From Camelus dromedarius (taxonomy: Eukaryota): DNA of 64,000 bases. Shown one piece after another: positions 27,962 to 38,600 of this stretch (its first letter is position 1; each line of letters starts with the position of its first letter). Made by a program: the position numbers and the translations under genes. Where the stretch lies: NCBI RefSeq assembly GCF_036321535.1, contig NC_087436.1, positions 36,210,001 through 36,274,000 of the forward strand, written 5' to 3'. Below the pieces are notes generated by a model. The model saw only the letters and a list, made by a program, of their open reading frames with translations. It was not told the origin of the DNA and made no database searches.

Positions 27962-28181
27962 CAGGGTTTTTGAACCTTGGTACTATTAAGATTTAGGGTC
28001 AGAACATTTTTTGCTAAGGGGCTAGGGAGGTGGGCACTACAGGATATTTAACAGCATCCCTAGCCTCTACTTACTAAATGCCAGTGGCAGCCTTCCAGAT
28101 ATAGGACAACCAAAAATGTCTCCAGGCATTGCCAGATGTTCCCGGGGTAGGAGCAGTATCAACCCTATTTGAGTACCACTG
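27962..28181 (-). mobile_element. MER20 (hAT-Charlie)
   Basis: ACAACCAAAAATGTCTCCAGGCATTGCCAGATGT...CCACTG is the reverse complement of the MER20 5' part. Confidence 0.8.
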
Positions 28182-28592
28182 AGTTAAAATAAGATTGCAA
28201 AAATAACAGCACAACCCAGAATTGGGAATAAAAAGTTAACAGTCGTATTTACAAGCATGGTAATGTGGTAAGCACTTCAGAATTACCCTCACTTGCTAGC
28301 CCCTACACAGTTTTGCTCTAAAGAAAAAAATTGCAACCAATAAAATGCTTGAAAAAAAAAAATGAGTACTATGGGAAGCTGCAATAGGAACCTAATCTGG
28401 AGGATAGTTCTTCTGTCTTCTAGTCATACAACATGCTCCTTTTTGTGCTACTAGAAAAGAGCAAAACAAATTGGGACATATATGCACCTTGCCCTGATCA
28501 GCCGGGCCAGCCTGGCAGACAACTGCAGAACAAACTCCAAACACAAAAGCAATTTCAAGAAACCTATTTAAGTTACCAAAATAGAGAAAGAG

Positions 28593-29680
28593 CACTAACC
28601 CTTGAGCCCATTTCCTCATCATGAAAGTGTGGATAATATTTACCTTGCATCAGGTTTGAGGATCAAATGAGAATTTATATAAAAAGTGAGCAGAAGACTC
28701 AATTTACTAGTCTACACCTTTGTTTTCTTGAAAAAATAATCTTTGGTTATAGGATTAACACTGGCCTAAGTCATTAGTTCTCAAACTTTAGGGGTGCATT
28801 AGAGTCACCTGGAAGGTTTGTTATAACACATTGGGCCATAAGCGTCTTTCCAGTTTTAATGAATAATGTAAGGGGTTGATAAGTTTTTTTAATTATGGCA
28901 GGCCCGAAAAAAAATGACAGACCTGCATCTTTTGCTTGCTGCTATTTTGGAATCAATAAAAACTCAATTCTTATAAAAGCACATTTCCCATTCCTGAATT
29001 TTGTCAACTCAGGTTTGACTGCAGAGCTTCCTCCTCTTCCTACCCCCTCACCCCAGCGTGAAGGACACACCATTAGCATCATTAGGTTAAAGATCAACTC
29101 CTGTGGGTCTTTTCTTGGGCAAAGAAGGATCAGGTTAGGATCAGGTTTGCCACCTGAAACCCATAAAGGAAGGGCTCGCAAAACAAACAGCTTTTAAAAC
29201 ATGTTTTACCTACACTTACAGGATGACAGTTAAAATATATCAGATCTCTTTCTCTCACTTCAAAATCATCAGTGTTTTTAATCAGCCCATTTTATACCTT
29301 TTTCTTCCTCTTTTTTCTAGACCAGTGGGTCTCAAAGTGTGGTCCACGATGAGCATCACCTGGCAACTTGTTAGAAATGCAAATTTATCAGGCCCCACTC
29401 CAGATCTCAGGAATCAGAAACTCTGGGAGATGACTCAGCAGTGTGTTGTAACAAACCTTCCAGGTGATTCTAATGCACCCCTTAAGTTTGAGAACTAATG
29501 ACTTAGGCCAGTGTTAATTCTATAACCACAGATTATTTTTAAAGAAAACAAAAGTGTAGACTAGTAAATTGAGCCCTTTGCTCACTTCTTATATAAGTTC
29601 TCACTTGATCCTCAAACCTGATGCAAGGTAGACATTATCCCCACTTTCGTGATAACGAAATGGGCTCAAAGGGTTAAGTG
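28593..29680. repeat. Long inverted repeat, arms 28593-28830 and 29442-29680, spacer ~610 bp
   Basis: Manual alignment gives about 19 substitutions and 3 one-base gaps over ~240 bp, with a 35 bp perfect core ATTAACACTGGCCTAAGTCATTAGTTCTCAAACTT. Confidence 0.95.
29323..29500 (+). mobile_element. MER5A (hAT-Charlie)
   Basis: CAGTGGGTCTCAAAGTGTGGTCC...CTTGTTAGAAATGCAAAT...GAATCAGAAACTCTGGG...CCAGGTGATTCTAATGCAC...AAGTTTGAGAAC. Confidence 0.85.
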
Positions 29681-30384
29681 TCACTCAAGGTCCCATAGCT
29701 AATAACTCTGCACGTGAAAGATTAAAGGTTTTGCAGTTCTCACTATTGAAACAAAGGTCTATAGCACCTTATTAATAAGGTCCATATTTTTTGCACTTTC
29801 TGCTTTCGGAAATTCAGGGGAAAAATAGAAATGGGTGGGGGAGGACAGTGTGCCTGCTGCCTCGGATCCTACAGAATTAGAATTTAAGGGCAAGACTCTG
29901 GAAAGGTATTTTTTCCAATAAGGAAAGTTTAATTAGGCTTCGGTCCCTCCTGGCTTTGTCGGCGGGACTGCACGCATCCCACAGACGAGGGGTCTCAACT
30001 TCGGGCTGGGGGCGCGGGCGGCACCTGGGCGAGCAGCTCACCTCTGCTCCGAGGCCGGGCATCCCCGACACGACAGGTTGCGCGCAGGGAGCCGGCCGGC
30101 AAGGCCCAGGCGCTCTGCGGCTCCAGACCCAGGGGGCTGGTTTACCAGGGGAAACTGGCACACTCCAAAGCCTGGGGGAGCGTCTACCCGCCACCGCAGC
30201 TCGGGGGAGGCCGGTGCGAGTGGTGAACCTGAAACCGCCGAGGGCCGCGCGGAGAGAAACCACAAGTCCCACTGGGGTCAGAGTGAAAAGAAGGAAGGAG
30301 CGCGGAGGCTGGAAGGCAGAGGCAGGGGAGAGAACCGCAGGAATTTAAAACGGCACAGGGGAGGAAGAGCAGGCTAGCACTCAC

Positions 30385-30562
30385 TGTGAGGGTCGCTCTT
30401 CTCCCGGACCCCGTCCACTCGGCCGTCGGGGTGGATGCGCAGGAAGAAGCCCCCGTTTTTGCAGTACAACCGCTTGGGGTCCTTGAAGTGGCCGGGCGGG
30501 AAGGCGCCGCTGCCGCCGTCCTCCGGCAGGGCGGGCAGCGTGGTGATGCTCCCGGCTGCCAT
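30385..30562 (-). CDS. FGF2: Fibroblast growth factor 2, coding part of exon 1 (AUG-initiated 18 kDa form; 178 nt, phase-1 donor)
   Basis: Translates to MAAGSITTLPALPEDGGSGAFPPGHFKDPKRLYCKNGGFFLRIHPDGRVDGVREKSDPH, the FGF2 N-terminus. Kozak context GCCATGG. Ends at CACA|GTGAGT donor (30384-30379). Confidence 0.99.
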
Positions 30563-30721
30563 GGCCCCACCAGGGCCCTGCCGGGATTCCCGAGCCCCAG
30601 GAGCTGAGCGGGGAGCCGCCGCCCCCCGGCCCCGGCCTCCGACGCGCTCCGAGGCGCGGCCCCGGCCCCGGCCCCCCAGCCTCCCACCCCGCGGCACGCG
30701 GCCGCGCCCGCGGGCCCCCAG
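30563..30721 (-). CDS. FGF2: CUG-initiated N-terminal extension of high-molecular-weight FGF2 (CUG at 30721, +53 aa; CUG at 30679, +39 aa)
   Basis: In frame with the ATG (offsets 159 and 117 nt). Both codons read AGG-CTG-G. Encodes LGARGRGRVPRGGRLGGRGRGRASERVGGRGRGAAAPRSAPGARESRQGPGGA, the GR-repeat extension typical of HMW FGF2. Confidence 0.85.
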
Positions 30722-31024
30722 CCTCGCGCTGTTCCGCTGCTTCCCTCTCCGCCGGCCCTAGAGCTCGGTGAGCCCAGCGCCTGGGAGCTGGGGGTTAGGG
30801 CTGGGTGTCTCCGCGGCCGCTGCTCTCGGAAGGGCCGCCTACCCAAGCTGCAGAGCCCAGGATGTGGTTGCAACCGCGGGTACCGCGTCCGCTGGTCTGG
30901 CACCGGCCGGGCCGCGGCGTCACATCTACATCTCCACCCCCAACGCCCACCAGCCCTCCCACGCCCCCGGCCCTCCCCCCTCCCAGCGCGCCGCCCCCTA
31001 CTCGCCCTGGGTATTCTGGGGCCG
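30722..31024 (-). promoter_or_regulatory. FGF2: FGF2 5' leader (IRES/G-quadruplex-homologous region), probable TSS near 31024
   Basis: Minus strand reads CGGCCCCAGAATACCCAGGGCGAGTAGGGGGCGGCGCG, resembling the recalled 5' end of human FGF2 mRNA. Many G-tracts at 30935-31000. Confidence 0.7.
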
Positions 31025-31272
31025 GCCTCTGGGTCGGGAGCTTTGGCCGCAGCACGCAAGCGCGCGACATCAGTGCCGGGGTGGGGAGCCCGAACACCGC
31101 CGGGGGCGAAGGAGGTGCGGGGCCGCGGCGGGAGGCCACGGCCAAGGCCTCCGCAGCTGTAGGGGATCGACCCCGCCGATTCCCCAGAAGTCGCCCCAGT
31201 CCAACCCCGCGGCACGCAAACTACATTTAGTATTTACTCCACATTGCGGAGCCTCTGCTGTGCAACCAGCCG

Positions 31273-31279
31273 TGACTCA
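31273..31279. promoter_or_regulatory. AP-1 site about 250 bp upstream of the inferred TSS
   Basis: Exact TGACTCA, at a position similar to the AP-1 site recalled for the human FGF2 promoter. Confidence 0.6.
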
Positions 31280-33407
31280 ACTTTTAAAAGTTTAAATGCA
31301 ATTTTCCCCCATTCTTTTTCCCTGCCAGCGTCTCTACTCAGAGAAACTACTTCCACCCCCAAGAAGTAGAGAAATCGGAAGCGAGGAAGGACTGTGTGTC
31401 AGAACAGGTTTTGAACATCTCTAATCAACAAAATACGAAGGGTACTCAGGCACAAACTGTTAAAATTGACGGCAGAGGCTGAAGTAGTTTACCAACATAA
31501 AGAAAAAGGCCAGAGGAGGGGAGTGGATTGGGTTGCTCTAAGGAAAAGATTTTTCTTCTACTAACCTAACTGGAATTAGGCAACGTGTAAAGATGAAGAT
31601 GGATCTCAAATCCTTATCCTAACAGAAGCATGTTAATGTCTCATCCTAACTAAACAGGCATTTCTTGGAGGGAGGGTAGTTTTTTTGTTTGTTTTGTTTT
31701 GTTTTGTTTTGTTTTTTTCCTGAAAATCCCCAACTACAAAATTGAAGTTAATTGCACTTTGCTAGTTTTCAGTAGAATTTAAGCAGGTGCTACAGATTAG
31801 CAAAATATCTGTCTATAAAACTTTGTATACTGAACGCCCACTATGTGCAAAGCATTTCAGTAAGTGCAGTGGGAGATGCCCAATCAGCGGGATCTTCTGG
31901 CACAGTGAGAGTGATACACAGGGGCCATGGGCAACACAAATACCAGTAGAAAGTGTCAAGGCCATAGAAGAGTAAAATCAAGTGTGGTGAAATTTCAGAC
32001 AAGAAGTAATTCAGCTGGAGGGTAGGCAGGGCTTTGGGAAAGCTTCTAGGAAGAGGTGAGAATACAGAATTTCCTCTATTTAAGAACATTTGGTTTCGAA
32101 AAATTATCCATGAGTGCATTTGTCTCCAAGAGGGGTTTAACTCTGGATGTATTCCTAGGATGTTAAATAGGTGTACGAAGCTATTCTTTGGAGCTTTAAA
32201 ACCAGGTATACTCTTCTCTGGGTTGTTGTATGATCTCTGACATCTCTCTCCAAAATGGACAGGGTTTATCTGATTGAATATCTGTTAAGACAAACAGCTC
32301 CCTTCCAGACGATCTCTGCAGGATCCTAGGGATTGCTTAAAGCTTTCGTAGCACGTGCCAGGTTGCCACTTACTTTGAAATCAAGTTAGATTTGAATAAG
32401 CCTTGAACTCTGTGTCACAGAAACCGGAGTATTCCAAGAGCAAAGGGATAAAATCTAAGTGAAAATATTTTTTAACAGTAGCATCCGGAAACTTGGGGAA
32501 CAGCTACAAGCAGTTAAGTAATTTGGATGCTAATGGACTACAGGTCTTGTGGAATAGGTACTGCATCCCAAGTACAATAAACATGTGTTTCCTAGTTCCT
32601 TGCAAAACCAGGAGAGGAGATATCACAGGAAATGGTTAATTCAGGTCTGGAAATCTAGGTCTCCAAGACAAATAGTGTTAATTCCAAGAAGACCATTAAG
32701 CATGTTGTCTTAAGTTCCTACAAAGACTCTTCTCAGCGCACACTTATACCCACACAGAGACAGATAAACTATTCTTAGATGCAATCAAATCTGCTCTCAG
32801 CTGAACCATGAGCAATCAAAATACTTACAGTCTCAATTTACCCAACTATAAGGATGAATATAAAAATAATTTTGACAAATAACTAGAACCAATGATGAAT
32901 ACAAAACTCATTATTTTAAAAAACCATTAGGTTCCAGTGATAACTATTTAGACACTACAAACCAGAGAGGAATTTCCCTCATAATACCAAGACTTTGGAA
33001 TTAATAAGAATTGTTCAGAATCTAAATGATGAAAAGTACAAAGACTTAATGAGAGCTTAAAAAAAAAAAAAAACTCAAGTGTTCCTGGATGGAAACATAC
33101 AGTAAAATAACAATATGAAATTCCTCTGATCACATTTTAAAAATTTAAACAATACTAGTTTAAATTTTAGCACAATTTTTAAAAACTATATGACAATATT
33201 GTAAAATTTATTTGAATAAACAAACATGAGAATAGCAAATACTTTTTTTAATTGTAGGGGGAAAAAAGAAAACACTTTTAAATGGACAAAAATGGTTACT
33301 AAATATCTTCCACAGAAATTACGCACTGTCTAGATTGTCCGATTCTGTGGGGGTCTCCGTACTTTTCTCTTTGAGCAACTTTACAACTCTTGCAAGATGT
33401 AGATAAC

Positions 33408-33545
33408 TGTCATAGACTGAATTGTGTGTCCCCCCACAAATTCCTATGTTGAAGCTCTAACTTGCAATGTGACTGTATTTGGAGATATGGCCTTTATAAG
33501 GAGGTAATAAAGGTTAAATGAGGTCATAAGAGTGGGGTCTTATAA
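33408..33545 (+). mobile_element. MaLR LTR 5' fragment (MLT1A/MST-like)
   Basis: TGTCATAGACTGAATTGTGTGTCCCCC...GTGACTGTATTTGGAGAT...AAGGTTAAATGAGGTCATAAG. Confidence 0.75.
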
Positions 33546-35555
33546 TGGAGGTTCTAGCAAGGGCAATTAGGTAAGAAATAAAATAAAAGAATCCAGATTA
33601 CAAAGAAGAAATCTATCTGTATTTGCAGATGACACAATCTTACATATAGAAAACCCTAGAGAACACACACACACACACACACACACACAACTATCAGAGC
33701 TAATAAATGAGTTCAACAAAGTTGCAGGATATAAGATCAATATATTAAAAATCAGTTGTATTTCTTTACACTAGCAAAGAACAATCCAAAAATGAAATTA
33801 AGAAAACAATTCCATTTACAATAGCATCAAAATGAATAAAGTATTTAGGAATAAATTTAAACAGAGAAGTTCAAAACCTGTATACTGAAAACTATAATAC
33901 ATTGTTTGGAAAAAGTTAAGATATAAATAAATGGAAAGATATCTGTATTCATGGATTAGAAGACTCAATATTGTTAAGATGGTAATATGTAAATTGATCT
34001 ACAGATTCATTGCATTCTCTGTCAAAATTCCAACCTCCTTTTTTGAAGAACTTGACAAGTGGACTCTAAAATTGATATGGACAGGCAAAGGACCCAGACT
34101 AGCCAAAAAAGTCTTGAATAAGAACAGAGATGGAAGACTTGATTTCAAAACTTTCAACAAAGCTACAATGTACAGGACAGTCTGGTACTGGATTAAGGAT
34201 AGACATATAGTCAAAAAATAAACTGACATTTATGATCAACTGATTTTCAACACAGGTGCTAAGAGCATTCAATGGGGGAAGAACAGTCTTTCCAACAAAT
34301 CACGCTGGACAACTGGATATTCACAAGAAAAAGAATAAATTTGGATCCCTGCCCATATATATATTAAAAAATTAACTCAGTGTAGATAATAGACTTAAAT
34401 GTAAGAGCTAAAACTATGAAACTCTTAGAAAAAACATAAGTGTTAATCTTTGTGACTTTGGATTAGATTATGGTTCTTAGATATGGCACTAAAGACAAAA
34501 GGAACAAAAGGGAACAGATACATTATACTTTATCCAAATTAAAAACTTTTGTGTATCAAATCACACTGTCAAGAAAATGAAAGGTACCTAGAGAATGGGA
34601 GAAAATATTTGCAAAGTACATATATGATGAGAGTCTAGTCTCCTAAATATATAAAGAACTGCTACAACTCAACAGTAAAAAGATAACCCAACTTAAAAGT
34701 CAGCGAAGTATTTGGTGACTAGACATTTCTCCAAAGAAGCTATAAAAATAGCCAATAAATACATGAAAAGATGTTCAATATAATTAGTCGTTAGGAAAAT
34801 GTAAGTCAAAACCACAATGAGATATCACTTCACACATACTAAGATAGCTATAATTTAAAAAAACAGAAAATAACAAGGGTAATCAAAGGTATGGAATAAC
34901 TGGAACGTCCATACGTTGCTGGTGGGAACATGAAGTACAGCCAATACAGAAAACAGCCAGGCAGTTCCTCAAAAAATTAGAGGAACATAGAGTCACCACA
35001 TGACCCAGCAATTCCATTCATACACATATATACAGGTGAAATGAAAACACAGGTTCATACAAAAACATGTCAGTGAATATTCATAGCAGTATTATTCATA
35101 ATATCCCCAAAGTGGAAAAATTCTACCAAATGTCTATCTCTAACAAAGGTCTAACTCTAACAAACGTCTATCAACTGATGAATGGATAAAAAAAAAAAGT
35201 GATATATCCATACGATGGAATATTATTTGGCAATAAAAAATGGCATACTGATACGTGGATGAAACTTGAAATAGTATGCTAGGTCAGAAAGGCCAGCTTT
35301 TGCATGACTTCATTTGTACAAAATGTTCAGAATGGACAAATCCATAGAAATACAAAGCAGATGAGTGGTTGCCAAGGGCTGGAAGAAGAAGGGACTGGGG
35401 AGTGACTGCTAGTGGGTATAGGGGATTCTTGGAGTGATGAAAAAGTTCTGGAATTAGATAGTGGTGATGGTTCTGAATATACTAAAAAAGTCCGAATTGT
35501 ACACTTGAAAATGGTGCATTTTATGGTATGTGAATTAAATCTCAGAAAAAATAAA
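33546..35555 (+). mobile_element. Degraded L1 (L1MB-like), ORF2 3' half plus 3' UTR, containing a (CA)n tract at ~33663-33688
   Basis: FADD motif at ~33620; ORF fragment SWIRRLNIVKM...WYWIKDRHI; L1MB-type 3' end GTTCTGGAATTAGATAGTGGTGATGG. Confidence 0.9.
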
Positions 35556-36529
35556 TTCATGCTGAAATAAAAATGAAAATTTTCTCCTCTAAAGTTGAGA
35601 GAAAAAAAGAAATGCCATTACCCAGGGGTGTCAAGGACCAGGTAAACTGGAGACTTAATGAACTGCCAGACAGAAGCTAAATTATTATAGCATTTTGGAA
35701 AGGCAACTTCGTGTGAGCATCAAGTCCTTAAATTTTTGAAATTACGTATCATTTGAGCCAAGAGTTTTGGTGCAAGAAATTTAAAGAGAAAAATCGAGGA
35801 TGTATACACTTAACAAACTTGCGGTTCATTACAACATTGATTATAATGAGAAAAAATAAGGGATCATCTAAATAATTAAAGTTGAACAAATTAACTTGAA
35901 TAAATCATGTTGCATTCATACAAACCAGTGTGTTCCATGCAGCCGCACAGTTTTGTGGGAGAATGCATAACATGGAGAAATGTTTGCAATATATTGTTAA
36001 TTGAAAGAAGTCATTTACAGAACTATAGAATAATACTCCATTTGTTAAATATACTCCCAAACACATTAGAATGAGAAATATTAAAATGTTAGCACTGATT
36101 ACTTTGGATTGTCAAATTATTTTTATTTTATAAATAACCCCTGGCTACTCACTAATACATAAAACTTATTCGCTAAAACTATATCTTGTTTATTTGTTTC
36201 CTTATTTATCATCAGGCCCCTCACTCCAATATAATACAAAGTTCCTTAAAGGAGAGATCTTTTTTGCACTAAACATTGCTGTGTCCTCGGGCCTCGTAGC
36301 ACTAAGAAGAATCTGAACAAATATATTTTTTAAAATGAACACATGCACTAATTTTGTTTTAGAAAGTTGTTTTTGAAACCAAAACAACTCATCTACGTTA
36401 TGTATGGGTGTGGTCAATGACTGTGGAACTCTAAATGTTTACTGTTTTTTAATGAAAACATACTAAGCCCATTTCCTTATGAAAGCCCACTAAAATACAC
36501 AAATTACTGACTTCTAAAGCCTAGTATAT

Positions 36530-37150
36530 CCCTATGATCCAGCAATCCTGGGCATATATCCAGAGGAAACTCTAATTCGAAATATTCACAGCAGCACCAT
36601 TTACAGTAGCCAAGACATGGAAACAACCTAAATCCACTGACAGATGACTGGATAAAGAAGTTGTGATACATATATATACAATGGAATACCGATCAGCCAT
36701 AAAAAAAGAATGAAATAATGCCATCTGCGGCAACATGGATGGACCTGGAGATCATCATACTAGGTGAAGTAAGACAGAAAGAGAAAGAATAATACCATAC
36801 AATATCACTTATATGCAGAATCTTAAAAAAAAAAAAAAAGACACAAACTTATTTACAAAACAGAAACAGACTCACAGACATAGAAAACAAACTTGTGGTT
36901 ACCAAGGTGGGAAGTGGGTGGGAAGGGATAAATTGGGAGTTCGGAATTTGCAGATACTAACTACTATATATAAAATAGATAAACAACAAAGTCCTACTGT
37001 ATAGCATGGGGAACTATATTCAATACCTTGTAATGGCCTATAATGAAAAAGAATATGAAAAGGAATATATACCTGTATAAATGTATCACTAGGCTGTACA
37101 TCAGAAATTAACACAATATTGTAACTTGACTATACTTCAATTTAGAAAAA
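36530..37150 (+). mobile_element. Lineage-specific L1 3' fragment
   Basis: CCTATGATCCAGCAATCC...GCCAAGACATGGAAACAACC...GACTATACTTCAAT. Confidence 0.9.
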
Positions 37151-37689
37151 TAATCTAATCAGTTCCTAGAACAAGAACAAGAAAAGACTTGTTCTTTCAC
37201 CTTTTAAAGAGGGGAATGCCAGAAGTAATTAACTTTATTCATATGTTCTTTCTTTCTTTCTTTATTATTGAAGTATAGTCAGTTTATAATGTGTAATTAG
37301 CTCAACACTATAGTAAGAGTTAGGTAGGAAGAGCTATTGAATCAGAGGAGCTCAGCCTTCCTTATATTAATTTCATTCAAATAAATTGTTGTTAATAACA
37401 ATGCATTTCAAAGATGGCCTCTTACAGAAAGGCCCTGTTATTCTTTATCTTCTGTGCGGTCTGCTCAGATTAGAGAGATTCGAATCGCATTGTCCATCTG
37501 TTCTTATTTGGCATGAGTTTAAAGGGGCATCCTGACCCTCAATTCAAGGTACTTTTTTTTAACGTGCAAAACATAGTAGGAAAAAAAGCGGGGTGGGGGG
37601 GGGACCTGAATTTACCTCTGGGACAGACTGCTCCTTGGTTTGGGGAAAGCTATATGAACAAACATTTCGATTACATAAATTTAACGCAA

Positions 37690-38600
37690 GTACTCACCAC
37701 CAGTGCTGCTCTAAACCAAGTCAAAAGATAAATGACAATCTGGGAGTTTATGCAGTGTCTATGACAGCAAAGGTAATCTAAAGAATAAAGAGTCTTTTTA
37801 AATATCAGTGAGAAAAAGACCCATGGGCAAAGGAACATGAACAAGTGGTTTCTAGTAAAAGAAACATAAATAAAATATATGGATAAATACAAAACACATA
37901 AACAAAGAAATCTTCTAAAATATAAAACATCTGAGTGAAAGAAAAGCAAATTAAACCTAGAATCAGGTACATTGTTCTATTTCTCAGTCAAAAAGTTTAA
38001 GATACAGCATTAGAGAGTAGGAGGAAACAGTACTCTCATTGCTGATGGGAGATCAAGTCAGCACTAGCATTCAGATTCGAAATAAGTGTCTTTTAAGTGA
38101 GCAATTATTTTCTAGGAATTCATCCTACAGACATATTCACATATATGCACAAAGATGGCTGAACTTATATACTTCAGCTTTGCTTATGGTTGCAAAAGAC
38201 TGGAAACAAACAGTACAATGGTTATCAGTACAGGCTTATAAAAGAAATTATATAGGGTCATTCATTTAATATTTTTTAGCAGCCTATAATCACCAGATGC
38301 AATTTTATAATAAAGTATTTCAGTTTTTTTAAATGAAGTCAATCTATATGTCTGACTATGGAATGATCTCAAAATACAGTGAAAAAGTGGAGAACAAGTG
38401 AAAAGTGTAAGCATACTGCATTGTGTTTAGCATGCTTCTATTTTCATGAAAGGAAAACATGCATACACCTGCCATATACGTGCTTTTACAGACAGACTGT
38501 TTCAGGAATGTCTGCCCCTGGGGACTGGAATCCGCAGTCAAGGAAGACTTCTCATTGTACTGTTGTCGTACTACTTGATTTTTTTAACCATACGCATGTA
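37690..38600 (+). mobile_element. Very old L1 (L1ME-like) remnant
   Basis: Degenerate ORF2-end phrases (GGGCAAAGGAACATGAACAAG; TTCTAGGAATTCATCCTACAGA; GCAAAAGACTGGAAACAA). Confidence 0.55.

Larger units (their letters stand above)
1..30384 (-). other. FGF2: FGF2 intron 1 (partial, continues beyond position 1)
   Basis: Starts at the GTGAGT donor. No sequence encoding exon 2 (KLQLQAEERGVVSIKGV) was found in the ORF track or by eye. Confidence 0.85.
29940..31280. promoter_or_regulatory. CpG island / TATA-less FGF2 promoter
   Basis: Very high GC and CpG density against an AT-rich, CpG-poor background; spans exon 1. Confidence 0.95.

Noticed and set aside
30374..30384. ORF track continuation ...DPHSEC* as the FGF2 C-terminus
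   Set aside because: Read-through past the GTGAGT splice donor into the intron.
30184..31215. 343-aa minus-strand ORF and other overlapping ORFs across the CpG island
   Set aside because: Stop-poor GC-rich DNA in alternative frames of FGF2 exon 1. No recognisable protein apart from short pieces resembling the human 34 kDa extension.
35128..35175. Short tandem unit TCTAACAAA(G/C)GTCTA inside L1
   Set aside because: Local slippage duplication in a dead L1; not a CRISPR-like or functional array.
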